A stretch of DNA of 24,000 nt from positions 934 to 24,933 of the forward strand of contig CALWPE010000080.1 of the NCBI GenBank assembly GCA_944383345.1, read 5' to 3'. This document shows, one piece after another, positions 1 to 9,703 of this stretch. The notes under the pieces are model-generated. The model made no database searches. It was not told the origin of the DNA and saw only the letters and a list, made by a program, of their open reading frames with translations. The number at the start of each line of letters is the position of its first letter. The first letter of the stretch is position 1. Origin of the DNA: an uncultured Clostridia bacterium. Lineage in GTDB: Bacteria > Bacillota > Clostridia > Christensenellales > UBA1242. Both the position numbers and the translations under genes were made by a program.

Positions 1-335
1 AAGCACTTGCCGATATTATACACAACAGACTGAATGACCCAAGATTAAGTGAATTTATTACAGTGACATATGCACACTTGTCAGTCGATTTTAGACATTG
101 CAAAGTGGGCATAAGTGTCTACACTGGAGATAAAAATGTTGTTATAAAACAACTTCGTAAGAGTGAAGGCTATATAAAGCGTGAACTTGTAAAAGATGTT
201 AAGTTGCCTTTTACTCCTGAACTTACATTTATTTTGGATGAGGGCGCAAAATATAGCGATAAGATAAATGAAATCATTAGTACACTTAATATTCCAAAAG
301 AGGATGTAGATGAAGACGATTCTAAAGAAGATTAA
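1..335 (+). CDS. rbfA: ribosome-binding factor A, 5'-truncated by the window edge
   Basis: The frame is open from position 3 (ALADIIHNRLNDPRLSEFITVTYAHLSVDFRHCKVGISVY...) and matches the RbfA core pattern (DPRL..vTVT.v.vS.D...AKVyvsv). The rbfA-DHH-truB order is typical of Firmicutes. Confidence 0.8.
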   Translation, partial: ALADIIHNRLNDPRLSEFITVTYAHLSVDFRHCKVGISVYTGDKNVVIKQLRKSEGYIKRELVKDVKLPFTPELTFILDEGAKYSDKINEIISTLNIPKEDVDEDDSKED

Positions 336-1275
336 AAAAAGTAATAGGGTGGCAGTATTTGGGCATCAATCACCAGATGGCGATTGTATAAGTTGCTTAT
401 ATGCCATCACTTTTTTATGTAAACAACTAAATAAAACAGTTGATGCTTTTATTGATGACGATATTCCAACTCGTTATAAGTTTATCGATACAAGTTTTAT
501 CAACAATAAAATATTTGATAAAGAAAATTACGATTTATTTATTTCTGTTGATGTTGCAGATAAGCATCTACTTGGTAAATACAAAGATGCTTTTAATAAA
601 GACAATCAAACAATAAGCATTGACCATCATGCAATTCGTGACCTTGTTAGCGATATTACATATGTTGAAAAGACTGCATCATGTGCAGAAATATTATACA
701 AACTATTAAAGTTGTCAAAATTCAAGTTGGATAGCAGGGTATCAACATTTTTGTATATGGGTGTTGCAGATGATACTGGTTGTTTTTTATATGATAATAC
801 AACCACAGATTCACATTATATTGCAGGAAAGTTAATTGAAAATGGTGCTGATATGAGTTCGGTCAACTACCATCTTTTTAAACTCGTAACAAACAAAACC
901 CATGAATTGATGAAAAAGATTGATGAGATTGTAGAAGAAAAAGACGGGATAAGATATGTTGTTGTAAACCAAAAATTCATGCAAAAAAATGATTGTCAAA
1001 AATCAGATTTTGGTGACTATGCAAACACTTTGTTAAATTATGAAAATACAAAAATTGCTTTTACAATGTTTGAAAAACAAAACAAAGTTTATTCGCTTAG
1101 TTTTAGGTGCCTAAAAAATTATAATGTTGCAGAAGTTGCATCCAAATTGGGTGGTGGTGGACACAATCAGGCAGCAGGTGGAAAAATCTCTGGTGACGAA
1201 AAAGAATGTTTGCAAAAAGTTTTAAATCTTGTTAGTGAAGAACTAAAAAGGGGAGACAAAAATGCTAACAGATAA
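310..1275 (+). CDS. DHH/DHHA1 family phosphoesterase (NrnA-like oligoribonuclease / pAp phosphatase)
   Basis: Has the motifs GHQSPDGDCISC (DxD), SIDHHA (DHH) and GGGGHNQAAGG (DHHA1 GGGH). ATG follows AGAGGA, and the gene overlaps the rbfA end. Confidence 0.8.
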   Translation: MKTILKKIKKSNRVAVFGHQSPDGDCISCLYAITFLCKQLNKTVDAFIDDDIPTRYKFIDTSFINNKIFDKENYDLFISVDVADKHLLGKYKDAFNKDNQTISIDHHAIRDLVSDITYVEKTASCAEILYKLLKLSKFKLDSRVSTFLYMGVADDTGCFLYDNTTTDSHYIAGKLIENGADMSSVNYHLFKLVTNKTHELMKKIDEIVEEKDGIRYVVVNQKFMQKNDCQKSDFGDYANTLLNYENTKIAFTMFEKQNKVYSLSFRCLKNYNVAEVASKLGGGGHNQAAGGKISGDEKECLQKVLNLVSEELKRGDKNANR

Positions 1276-1933
1276 CGGTATAATTGTTTTAAATAAACCA
1301 ACCAATATGTCAAGTAGTCAAGCAGTACAAAAAGTAAAACATATATTAAAGCCAAATAAGATTGGACATATGGGAACACTTGACCCTCTTGGGAGTGGAG
1401 TGTTAATTCTTGGTATAAATAAAGGTACAAGATTATTTGATAGTTTTTTAAAACATACCAAAACTTATAGAGCAATTTTTTATTTTGGAGAGCAGACGGA
1501 CACATTAGATAGCGAAGGCAAAGTAATCAAAAAAAATATGTGTGATATAAAAATTGAAGATGTACAAAATTTGTGTCCTAAGTTCATCGGTAAATTTGAC
1601 CAAATACCACCACAATATTCGGCAAAAAAAATCAATGGCAAAAAAGCATATCAATTAGCAAGAAGTGGAGAGGAGATACAACTTAAACCAAGGGCTATTC
1701 AGATTTATGATTTATCGTGTAAAGCGCAATTAAAGAAGAATACTTTTCTCTTTGAAATAACTTGTTCAAGTGGTACATACATAAGAAGTTTATGTAGAGA
1801 TTTTGCAGAGGCATTATCAACATATGGTACTATGCTAGCGATTGTACGCACAAAATCTGGTGATTATGATATAACACAGAGTTGCACTATTGCAGATATA
1901 GAAAAAGGCAACTATAAAATTTTAACAGTGTAA
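1262..1933 (+). CDS. truB: tRNA pseudouridine(55) synthase TruB (short form without a long PUA tail)
   Basis: N-terminus GIIVLNKP.NMSS plus the catalytic motif GHMGTLDPLGSGVL. SD AGGGGAG precedes the ATG, and the position after rbfA is conserved. Confidence 0.9.
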   Translation: MLTDNGIIVLNKPTNMSSSQAVQKVKHILKPNKIGHMGTLDPLGSGVLILGINKGTRLFDSFLKHTKTYRAIFYFGEQTDTLDSEGKVIKKNMCDIKIEDVQNLCPKFIGKFDQIPPQYSAKKINGKKAYQLARSGEEIQLKPRAIQIYDLSCKAQLKKNTFLFEITCSSGTYIRSLCRDFAEALSTYGTMLAIVRTKSGDYDITQSCTIADIEKGNYKILTV

Positions 1934-1947
1934 AAAAGGAACAAAAT

Positions 1948-2805
1948 ATGACAAATATAGTAAGATTTGGACCATCAGGTAATCAAAAATTGTTTTATGA
2001 TACAGGTCATAAACACAGCATCGAAGCACCATTATGGTTAAAGAATATGGGGCTTAATGCCTATGAGTTTTCTTTTGGCCGAGGATTTACAATAAAAGAA
2101 GACACTGCTAGAAAAATTGGTGAAGAAGCAAAAAAGTATGATGTTTTAATATCATGCCATGCACCATATTATATAAACCTAGCAAACCCAGACCCACTTA
2201 TGATTGAAAAATCTTTTGGGTATGTTACTCGTGGGCTTGTTTTACTTGATTGTTTTGGTGGTACTGATTATGTTGTTCACATTGGTTCATGTGGAAAACT
2301 AACAAGAGATGTTGCACTAGGTAACATAAGAAAAAATTTGAAAACATTGTTAGTTATTTTAAAGCAAGGTGATTATTTAAAAGGTGGTAAAAGACTATGT
2401 ATAGAGACGATGGGAAAACCACAACAAATTGGTACTTATCAAGAAATAATTGACTTATGTACACTTGATGAATGTTTGGTACCAACTTTTGACTTTGGGC
2501 ATATCAACGCTTTGACTGGTGGAACTCTTAAAACATACGATGATTACAAAAAAATATTTGATTTAGCAATTGAAAAATTAGGTGAAAGAGCAAAGAGTTG
2601 CCATATACATTTTTCTAAAATTGAGTATGGTGCAAAAGGGGAAATAAGGCATCTAAACTACGATGACAAAATTTTTGGACCAGACTTTGAACCTTTGGCT
2701 AGGGTAATAAAGGATATGAAATTAACCCCAACCATAATTTGTGAATCGAAAGACAATATGGCGACAGATAGTTTGATAATGAAGGGCATTTATGAATCAT
2801 TATAA
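1948..2805 (+). CDS. TIM-barrel endonuclease IV (Nfo)-like / xylose isomerase-like fold protein
   Basis: 285 aa with the layout of AP endonuclease family 2 (His/Asp/Glu-rich strand ends: CHAPYYINL, VVHIGS, CIETMG, FDFGHINA). SD AAGGAA precedes the ATG. Confidence 0.55.
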   Translation: MTNIVRFGPSGNQKLFYDTGHKHSIEAPLWLKNMGLNAYEFSFGRGFTIKEDTARKIGEEAKKYDVLISCHAPYYINLANPDPLMIEKSFGYVTRGLVLLDCFGGTDYVVHIGSCGKLTRDVALGNIRKNLKTLLVILKQGDYLKGGKRLCIETMGKPQQIGTYQEIIDLCTLDECLVPTFDFGHINALTGGTLKTYDDYKKIFDLAIEKLGERAKSCHIHFSKIEYGAKGEIRHLNYDDKIFGPDFEPLARVIKDMKLTPTIICESKDNMATDSLIMKGIYESL

Positions 2806-3355
2806 TGTAAAAAGAATAGTATCAAACATACTTATGGAAAATTGTTATATCGTCTATGATGACAAAAACGCACTAATAATTGACCCGGGCAATACCTATT
2901 TTGAAGTTATGGATTTTGTGACAAAAAACAAACTAAAAATTTTGGCTGTACTTTTAACACATGGGCATTTTGACCATTGTTTATCATGTAAAAGTTTTCA
3001 GCAAGATGGTGCTTTAATCTATATACACAAACTAGATGAAGATAAACTTTATACAGATGGTAATTTGTCCACAATGCTTGGTATTGAATTTCCTTTTATT
3101 CACGCAGATGTTACCTTTGTTGAAGGAATATTAAATATAGGTGAATTTGAAGTTGATGTTATTCATACACCGGGACATTCAAAAGGTAGTGTTTGTTATA
3201 TAATAGGTGATTGCTTTTTTAGTGGTGATACATTTTTTGCACAAGGCATTGGAAGAACAGATTTTTATGACGGAAATTTTAAAGATATGCAAAATAGTTT
3301 AAATAAATTGAAATCATATTTAAAAATGCCATATAAATTTTATTATGGTCATTAA
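2792..3355 (+). CDS. MBL-fold metallo-hydrolase (glyoxalase II-like)
   Basis: Has the HxHxDH motif LLTHGHFDHC, then HTPGHS, and a terminal His. Length of 187 aa is typical of small beta-lactamase-fold hydrolases. Confidence 0.8.
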   Translation: MNHYNVKRIVSNILMENCYIVYDDKNALIIDPGNTYFEVMDFVTKNKLKILAVLLTHGHFDHCLSCKSFQQDGALIYIHKLDEDKLYTDGNLSTMLGIEFPFIHADVTFVEGILNIGEFEVDVIHTPGHSKGSVCYIIGDCFFSGDTFFAQGIGRTDFYDGNFKDMQNSLNKLKSYLKMPYKFYYGH

Positions 3356-3422
3356 AAAATGGTTGCATTTAGTGACTGAATTGTGTTATTCTTAATTAGG
3401 TAATATAACATAAGGAGAAATT

Positions 3423-3983
3423 ATGATAACAGCAGGAGATTTTAGAAAAGGCGTAACTTTTGAAATGGAAGGAAATGTTTACACTGTAGTTGAGTTTATG
3501 CATGTTAAACCAGGCAAAGGTTCACCATTTGTTAGAACAAAATTAAAAAATGTTATAACTGGACAGGTTATTGAAAGAACTTTTAACCCAACGGATAAAT
3601 TCCAAGTAGCAGTTATAGAAAGAAAAGAGATGCAATATCTTTATCATGAAGGTGACTTGTATTATTTCATGGATATGGAAACATATGACCAAATTCCATT
3701 CAATAAATCACAAGTTGAAGACGCAATGAACTTCATGACCGAAAACATGATGGCAACAGTCCAATTCTATAAAGGCACAGCATTTTCAGTTGAACCACCA
3801 ACATTTGTTGAACTTACAGTTGTAGATTGTGAGCCAGGTGTACAGGGCGATACTGCAAAATCAAGTTATAAACCAGCAACACTTGAAACTGGCTATGTAA
3901 TTGGCGTTCCACTTTTTGTAAATAGTGGAGAAAAAATCCGTGTTGATACTCGTGATGGTAGTTACATGGAGCGTGTAAAATAA
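3423..3983 (+). CDS. efp: translation elongation factor P
   Basis: N-terminus [43 protein letters not shown] is canonical EF-P (KPGKG loop). SD AAGGAG precedes the ATG, and efp sits upstream of spoIIIA as in B. subtilis. Confidence 0.97.
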   Translation: MITAGDFRKGVTFEMEGNVYTVVEFMHVKPGKGSPFVRTKLKNVITGQVIERTFNPTDKFQVAVIERKEMQYLYHEGDLYYFMDMETYDQIPFNKSQVEDAMNFMTENMMATVQFYKGTAFSVEPPTFVELTVVDCEPGVQGDTAKSSYKPATLETGYVIGVPLFVNSGEKIRVDTRDGSYMERVK

Positions 3984-4004
3984 TTTAAAAATATTTTTGT
4001 CGAG

Positions 4005-4039
4005 ATATGCAATATTTTGTAATATTGCATATTTTTTTT
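4005..4039 (+). terminator. Rho-independent terminator of efp
   Basis: Perfect 12-bp stem ATATGCAATATT (4005-4016) / AATATTGCATAT (4021-4032) with loop TTGT, followed by a T-run to 4039. Confidence 0.9.
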
Positions 4040-4093
4040 GCGTTTAGTTATTATTTGATTTTTCTCTTATTATAAATTTTATAGGAGAAAAAT

Positions 4094-5005
4094 ATGTTAC
4101 AAGAAATTTTGTCCGAACCTTTATCAAATATTATAAATTACAAAATAGCAATTTCTCAACTTTCAGAGATAAGGTTAAGAGCCGATAAACCGATTGTAGT
4201 TTTTGTAAAAGGTCAACCGTATTACATAAATGAAAAAGGATTATGTTGTGACATAAATAGTGCCATGTATTGTAGTCAAGATATGATTGCAGATATTGTC
4301 TATAAAGCAAGTGATTATTCAATATACTCGGTAAGTGAACAAATAAAAAATGGCTATATAACAATGTCTAATGGGGTAAGAATTGGGCTTTGTGGTAATG
4401 TTATAGAAGAAAATGGTCAAGTAAAAACAATAACAAACTGGACAAGTCTAAATATAAGAATACCTCACATGATAAAAAATATTTCTCTTTGTGCTTTTGA
4501 TGATATTGTTGATGAAACAGGCATACACAATACGCTTGTAGTTTCACCACCGGGAGCAGGGAAAACGACTTTTTTAAGAGATTTCTTGTTGCAACTTTCT
4601 GAGCATAACTATTGTTTAAATGTGTGTGTAATTGACGAAAGGGGAGAAATTGCAGGTGGTGTGGATAGTAAACTCGACATTGGTAATTTTTGCGATGTCA
4701 TTAGTTTTTGCAGTAAAAAGGTTGGTTTCATACAAAGCATAAGGGCAATGAATCCGGGGCTAATCGTAACCGATGAACTAGCAGATAAGGAAGATGCTAA
4801 GTGCCTAATAGATGCAATGAACTGTGGGGTAAAGGTTATAGCAACTGCTCATGCGTCTAGCATGGAAGAACTAAGAAGAAAAGATTTTTTTGCTAATTTA
4901 CCTTCTCATTATTTTGAAAGATATGTTTTATTTTCAAAAAGAGAGGGGCCGGGCACTTATGAGGGAACATACAACGAAAAATTCTCAAAAATAGTGAAGT
5001 GGTGA
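4094..5005 (+). CDS. spoIIIAA: stage III sporulation protein AA (ATPase)
   Basis: Walker A SPPGAGKTT and Walker B-like LIVTDEL. It is the first gene of an 8-gene cluster with the spoIIIA size pattern. SD AGGAG precedes the ATG. Confidence 0.9.
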   Translation: MLQEILSEPLSNIINYKIAISQLSEIRLRADKPIVVFVKGQPYYINEKGLCCDINSAMYCSQDMIADIVYKASDYSIYSVSEQIKNGYITMSNGVRIGLCGNVIEENGQVKTITNWTSLNIRIPHMIKNISLCAFDDIVDETGIHNTLVVSPPGAGKTTFLRDFLLQLSEHNYCLNVCVIDERGEIAGGVDSKLDIGNFCDVISFCSKKVGFIQSIRAMNPGLIVTDELADKEDAKCLIDAMNCGVKVIATAHASSMEELRRKDFFANLPSHYFERYVLFSKREGPGTYEGTYNEKFSKIVKW

Positions 5006-5009
5006 AGCA

Positions 5010-5504
5010 ATGACCATTATTTTGATTGTTATTATAATTTTTTGCTTTGGGCTTATAGGCTTTAAATTGTCATCATATTACATAAACAGAAAGAAGTTTT
5101 TTTCGTCATTAGTTTTAATGCTTTCAAATATAGAGGCAGATGTCGTTTTTAGTAGGGACAAATTAGCGAACATATTAAGAAAGAATATACAGGTTTGTGC
5201 AAGTAATGACCTTCGTACACTATGCGAAAAGATAATTTTCGCCATAGACAACAAAGAGATAATTACTCCTGAAGCATTTGAACAAATAAAAATATTAAGA
5301 AATGATGAAAGACAACTTTTATATAAATTTTTTTCATCACTGGGAAGATATGACGCCTTTGCTCAAAGCAAAGAGATAAAAACATACCAATTAGCGATAA
5401 ACGATTACAACAAAGAGGCACAAGAAGAGTGTAAAAAATATTCTGGGCTATTTGTAAAACTAGGAATCATTATTGGTATTTTAGTGTGCCTACTTATCAT
5501 ATAG
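5010..5504 (+). CDS. spoIIIAB: stage III sporulation protein AB
   Basis: 164 aa with N- and C-terminal TM segments flanking a soluble helical domain. Called from its position as second gene of the operon. Confidence 0.8.
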   Translation: MTIILIVIIIFCFGLIGFKLSSYYINRKKFFSSLVLMLSNIEADVVFSRDKLANILRKNIQVCASNDLRTLCEKIIFAIDNKEIITPEAFEQIKILRNDERQLLYKFFSSLGRYDAFAQSKEIKTYQLAINDYNKEAQEECKKYSGLFVKLGIIIGILVCLLII

Positions 5505-5514
5505 GAGGAATGTA

Positions 5515-5709
5515 ATGGGTGTTGAAATTATATTCAAGATTGCTGCTGTTGGAATACTTACAACAGTTGTTGGGCAAATACTCAAACAAAGTGGTAAGGA
5601 AGAAATTGCTACTTTTTCAACATTGGCTGGACTAATCATTGTGCTCTTGATGGTTTTAGACCTTATTAGCACCCTTTTTGATACTGTGAAAAATTTATTT
5701 GGTCTTTAA
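5515..5709 (+). CDS. spoIIIAC: stage III sporulation protein AC
   Basis: 64-aa two-TM protein (IFKIAAVGILTTVVGQILKQSGKEE...) that matches the SpoIIIAC/AD family signature. SD GGAGGA precedes the ATG. Confidence 0.9.
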   Translation: MGVEIIFKIAAVGILTTVVGQILKQSGKEEIATFSTLAGLIIVLLMVLDLISTLFDTVKNLFGL

Positions 5710-5718
5710 GGAGGTGGT

Positions 5719-6105
5719 ATGGACATAATAAAAATTGTCGGAATTGGACTTATCACCGTAATAGCGACAATGCTTATAAAGCCAATAAAGCCCGAAATGA
5801 GCATAATTATAGGGCTATGTGGTGGCATACTTATTTTGGTACAAACAATAAATTATGCTGTCGACATCGTTGATGCGTTTTGGGGAATTGTAAATAAGAC
5901 AGGGCTTGATGCTGGACTTTTAAAAACATTATTAAAAATAATTGGAGTAGGTTATTTAACAGAATTTTCTGCTAACATGTGTTATGATGCAGGGTCAAGT
6001 GGAATCGCTGACAAAATATTGTTTGCTGGAAAAGTTATTATTCTAGTTATCGCATTACCAATAGTAACAAGCATTATAGAAATAATCGTGGAGATATTGC
6101 CATGA
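5719..6105 (+). CDS. spoIIIAD: stage III sporulation protein AD
   Basis: 128-aa polytopic membrane protein (IVGIGLI...LLKIIGVGYLTEFSANMCYDAG) in the SpoIIIAD position. SD GGAGGTGG precedes the ATG. Confidence 0.9.
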   Translation: MDIIKIVGIGLITVIATMLIKPIKPEMSIIIGLCGGILILVQTINYAVDIVDAFWGIVNKTGLDAGLLKTLLKIIGVGYLTEFSANMCYDAGSSGIADKILFAGKVIILVIALPIVTSIIEIIVEILP

Positions 6106-7304
6106 AAAAGTTTATAATCATTTTGTTTGTTCTTATGTTGGTAGTTTCAATTTTTTCAATCAATCAAACACAAAATTGTGTTTATGCCGAGGAGCAATTA
6201 TCTGCTTCTGAAATTGAAGAAATTTTAGAGGAGAGTATAGGCTCTCAACTAGACGATTTAGATTTTAGTGAACTTGAAGAAATATTGGCTTCGCTAGGTG
6301 ATGAAGGTCAAGAGATATTTGGAAATGAATCTTTTGTGGAAAAGTTAAAACAAATATTAAATGGTGATTTGTCCGACTACAATAAATCAATTTGGACAAG
6401 CATTTTAAATTTGTTTTTTGAAGATGTACTTTCTTTTTTACCTGTTTTGTCTTTAGTAATTGCAATAGCAGTTATGTTTAGTTTGGTCAATGCATCAAAA
6501 CCAAGTTCAAAAAATAAGTCGATAGGTGATGTTATCCACTTTGTTTGCTTCGGTGCAATAATTGTCCTTTTGGTTGGTTATAGCGTTAAAATGCTGACGC
6601 TTACATCTAATACTTTGCAATCAATAAAGGCACAAATGGATATTGCTTTGCCGATACTTTTAACAGTACTAACTGCAATAGGTGGTGTTACCTCTGTGAG
6701 TGTATATCAACCGGCTGTGGCTATTTTAAGTGGAACAATCATCAATATCTTTACGAATATACTTATGCCAATATTTATATTTAGACTTGTATTTTCAATA
6801 GTTGGAAATTTGTCAAACAATGTCAAGTTGGATAAATTTGCTTCGTTTTTTTCAAGTTTGTTCAAGTGGATAGTAGGTGGAGTATTTACAGTTTTTTCTG
6901 CATTTTTAACTATTCAAGGAATTACGGCTGGAAGTGTCGATGGTATATCGTTTAGGACGGCAAAATACGCAATAAAAAACTCAATACCACTTGTAGGCTC
7001 ATATTTGTCAGATGGACTTAATTTGATTGTTGCTAGCAGTGTGCTTATAAAAAATGCAGTTGGTGCAACCGGACTTGTTTTGTTGTTCTCCACAATTATA
7101 GTCCCTATATTAAATTTGATAGTTTTCATGTTGTCTTTAAAATTGGTTTCAGCAATATTAGAACCAATAACAGATAGTAGAATATCTAACTTTATTTCAA
7201 TGCTTGCTAAAAGTATTTCTTTATTGATTGTACTAATTATTGGCTGTGCTTTTATGTATCTTATAATGACCGGTATGATAATGGTTAGTGCCAACTTTTT
7301 TTAA
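6102..7304 (+). CDS. spoIIIAE: stage III sporulation protein AE
   Basis: 400 aa with a signal/TM N-terminus, an acidic linker, then about 7 TM segments. The ATGA overlap with spoIIIAD and the operon position fit SpoIIIAE. Confidence 0.9.
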   Translation: MKKFIIILFVLMLVVSIFSINQTQNCVYAEEQLSASEIEEILEESIGSQLDDLDFSELEEILASLGDEGQEIFGNESFVEKLKQILNGDLSDYNKSIWTSILNLFFEDVLSFLPVLSLVIAIAVMFSLVNASKPSSKNKSIGDVIHFVCFGAIIVLLVGYSVKMLTLTSNTLQSIKAQMDIALPILLTVLTAIGGVTSVSVYQPAVAILSGTIINIFTNILMPIFIFRLVFSIVGNLSNNVKLDKFASFFSSLFKWIVGGVFTVFSAFLTIQGITAGSVDGISFRTAKYAIKNSIPLVGSYLSDGLNLIVASSVLIKNAVGATGLVLLFSTIIVPILNLIVFMLSLKLVSAILEPITDSRISNFISMLAKSISLLIVLIIGCAFMYLIMTGMIMVSANFF

Positions 7305-7315
7305 AGGAGTTTGAT

Positions 7316-7804
7316 ATGAATGTTTCTGCATGGGTTTTATCAATAGCGGGGGTTAGTGTTTTGTCTATTTTAATTGACCTATTTTTGCCAAACGGAGAAA
7401 CCAATAGTCACATAAAAACGGTTTTTAACTATGTTATTATCTTTGTGATTATTGCACCTTTGCCATCACTGATAAAGTCGGATTTTGATACATCATCAAT
7501 ATTTACAGAATCCGAAATTGTCTTACAAGAAGATTACATTTATCAATTAAACAGAGACAAACTTACTATGCTTGAAACGAGTATGGAAAAAGAATTAGAT
7601 GACAGAGGATTAAAGTATATTGATATATCAATTTCGGCCGATATCTTTACTACTGTTATGAAAATTGAGACGATTTATGTCGATTTTAGTAGTTTAGTTA
7701 TAGTAGGAGATGAAGAGCATATAGATATAGAGAATGAGGCAGTCGATGTAATTACTTCATTTGTAAATATAGAAAAGGAGAATATTGTATTTAGTGGATA
7801 CTAA
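7316..7804 (+). CDS. spoIIIAF: stage III sporulation protein AF
   Basis: 162 aa with two N-terminal TM segments plus a soluble ring-building-type domain. Called from operon position. Confidence 0.8.
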   Translation: MNVSAWVLSIAGVSVLSILIDLFLPNGETNSHIKTVFNYVIIFVIIAPLPSLIKSDFDTSSIFTESEIVLQEDYIYQLNRDKLTMLETSMEKELDDRGLKYIDISISADIFTTVMKIETIYVDFSSLVIVGDEEHIDIENEAVDVITSFVNIEKENIVFSGY

Positions 7805-8339
7805 ACAGAAAAAACAAGGTATATGGGAAAAACTAAAAAACATCAAGCATTTTGAAATTATTGTAGTCATAGTATTTTGTGCCATATTGTTGCTTATTTA
7901 CAGTTCGACCTTTTCTTCCAAAAATAGTGAAGAAAACACACTGACGGCACTAACAACAGAGGAATATGCAGAGTACCTTGAGAATAAATTATCATATGTA
8001 CTCTCACAAATAAATGGGGCTGGAAATGTGAGTGTTATGATTACACTTAGTTGCGGTGTTGAGTATGTGTATGCTACGAATACAACAGAAGAAACCACTT
8101 CTCAAACTGTTGCAGGAACAACAACCACACAAACGACAACAGAAGAAGAATTGATTTTTACATCTCAGGGTGGTAAAGATTCTCCAATAATAATAAAGGA
8201 GAACTTACCAAAAGTTAGTGGAGTGTTGATAGTTAGTAGTGGAGCAAGTGACATAAGCGTAATGATGGAACTGCAAAAAGCAGTTGTAGCATTACTTGAA
8301 ATTGATGCAAATGATATAGAAATTTTAGTTGGTAAATAA
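7785..8339 (+). CDS. spoIIIAG: stage III sporulation protein AG
   Basis: 184 aa with a single N-terminal TM segment and a C-terminal domain ending VSGVLIVSSGASD...VVALLEID...IEIL, typical of SpoIIIAG. The start is uncertain: TTG 7785, or GTG 7794 after AAAGGAG. Confidence 0.85.
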   Translation: MYLVDTKQKKQGIWEKLKNIKHFEIIVVIVFCAILLLIYSSTFSSKNSEENTLTALTTEEYAEYLENKLSYVLSQINGAGNVSVMITLSCGVEYVYATNTTEETTSQTVAGTTTTQTTTEEELIFTSQGGKDSPIIIKENLPKVSGVLIVSSGASDISVMMELQKAVVALLEIDANDIEILVGK

Positions 8340-8350
8340 AGGAGATTATT

Positions 8351-8824
8351 ATGTTAAAGAAAAGAACAAAGATTATCATTTTAGTTGCTATGGTATTATT
8401 ACTTGGAGTTACTGGATACTTAAATATTGCACTTAACAACAGTGCTACGACACCTACAACTGGAACAGTGACACAGATGAATTATTTTGATACATACAGA
8501 CAAGACCGACAAACAACTCGTGACCAAGAACTTTTGTATTATGACGCTATAATAAATTCTGAAGATTCAACAGAAGAAGCAAAACTAAATGCCGAAGCAA
8601 TGAAAATGGAGATTGTTGAGCAAATGGAATCAGAACTTGTTATGGAAGGGCTTATTAAAGCAAAAGGCTTTGAAGATGCAATAGTAACAAATTCTGCAAA
8701 CAATATCAATGTTATAGTAAAATGTGCATCACTTGAAAGTTCACAAGTTGCTCAAATAGTTTCAATAGTTCAAGAGCAGACACAAAAATCAATAGACAAT
8801 ATTAAAATAATTCCTGTAGAATAA
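8351..8824 (+). CDS. spoIIIAH: stage III sporulation protein AH
   Basis: 157 aa with N-terminal TM segment MLKKRTKIIILVAMVLLLGVTGYLN and a soluble YscJ-like C-terminal domain. It is the last gene of the operon. SD AAGGAG precedes the ATG. Confidence 0.85.
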   Translation: MLKKRTKIIILVAMVLLLGVTGYLNIALNNSATTPTTGTVTQMNYFDTYRQDRQTTRDQELLYYDAIINSEDSTEEAKLNAEAMKMEIVEQMESELVMEGLIKAKGFEDAIVTNSANNINVIVKCASLESSQVAQIVSIVQEQTQKSIDNIKIIPVE

Positions 8825-8853
8825 TTGCAAAACTAATAAATGTATGTTATATT
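8825..8853 (+). promoter_or_regulatory. sigma-A-type promoter for the asp23-family gene / nusB unit
   Basis: TTGCAA (8825-8830), a 17-nt spacer, then the extended -10 TGtTATATT (8845-8853). Confidence 0.5.
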
Positions 8854-8900
8854 ATAAATAAATTGGTGAAAACCTATAATATAACAAAGAGAGGGTTCTA

Positions 8901-9275
8901 GTGTCACAGCCATACAGTCAACTTCAAGAAGATAAAGGTAAGATAACTTGCGATAGAAATATTTTATTATCCATCATCTCATTAGCGACAAAAGAGATAA
9001 GTGGTGTGTCAAGTTTGCAAGACAGTTTTTCTATGAAACTTAAAAAGATGTTTTCAAAATCGGACTCTACTGGTGTTAAGTTAAAAATTGCTCAAAACGG
9101 ACAACTAATTATTGATGTGTTTATAAGAATATACAGTGGAAATAGTGTCCCTGATATAGCATACAGGGTTCAAGAAAATATTAAAAACAACATAGTTTCC
9201 ATGGTTGAGATGAGAGTTAATAAAATAAATATCCATATCGTGGGTGTTGATTTTAAAGCAGAAGAACAAAATTAA
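8901..9275 (+). CDS. Asp23/Gls24 family envelope stress protein (YqhY-like)
   Basis: 124 aa (ISLATKEISGVSSL...IDVFI....G.SVPDIAYRVQENIKN.I..M....V..INIHIVGV) matches the Asp23 family pattern. GTG start follows GAGAGGG. It occupies the same position as B. subtilis yqhY, upstream of nusB. Confidence 0.8.
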   Translation: MSQPYSQLQEDKGKITCDRNILLSIISLATKEISGVSSLQDSFSMKLKKMFSKSDSTGVKLKIAQNGQLIIDVFIRIYSGNSVPDIAYRVQENIKNNIVSMVEMRVNKINIHIVGVDFKAEEQN

Positions 9276-9300
9276 AGTCCACTACAAAAGTGGATTTTTT
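9276..9300 (+). terminator. Rho-independent terminator (possibly partial) between asp23-family gene and nusB
   Basis: Stem AGTCCACT (9276-9283) / AGTGGATT (9289-9296) with one G-U pair and loop ACAAA, followed by a T-run to 9300. Confidence 0.65.
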
Positions 9301-9313
9301 ATAGTGAGGTATT

Positions 9314-9703
9314 ATGCGAAAATACGCAAGAGAAGTAGCGTTTTGTAAAGTTTTTGAAACATTGTTTAATTCCACAACAAATGTTGATGGAATTTTTGAC
9401 TTTACTGATTTAACAAAGCAAGAGGATATTGATTTTGCAAATACACTTGTAAAACTTGCCCTTGATCATCATGATGAGATAGAGAGTTTAATTAGTGAAA
9501 ATCTTAAAGATTATAGTTTGGATAGGCTTTATAGGGTTGATAGAGCAATCTTAATTCTTGCTATTGCAGAGTTAAAGTATTATGCACAAACACCAGAAAA
9601 AGTTGTTATAAATGAAGCCGTAAATCTTGCAAAGAAATATGGCACAGAAAAAAGTTACTCATTTGTAAATGGTGTACTAAAATCAATTATCGAGGAGAAA
9701 TAG
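9314..9703 (+). CDS. nusB: transcription antitermination factor NusB
   Basis: 129 aa (RKYAREVAFCKVFE...DRLYRVDRAILILAIAELKY...P.KVVINEAVNLAKKYG.EKSY.FVNGVL) is canonical NusB. Confidence 0.93.
   Translation: MRKYAREVAFCKVFETLFNSTTNVDGIFDFTDLTKQEDIDFANTLVKLALDHHDEIESLISENLKDYSLDRLYRVDRAILILAIAELKYYAQTPEKVVINEAVNLAKKYGTEKSYSFVNGVLKSIIEEK

Noticed and set aside
3363-3409. Possible efp promoters (TTGCAT-17-TTATTC, or TTGTGT-17-TATAAC)
   Set aside because: The first has a poor -10 element. The second would place +1 inside the SD. Neither is convincing enough to report.
8095-8150. Thr-rich tract (TTEETTSQTVAGTTTTQTTTEEE) in SpoIIIAG
   Set aside because: This is a low-complexity linker between the TM anchor and the ring-forming domain, plausibly lineage-specific filler. 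There is no nucleotide repeat unit or evidence of special function.
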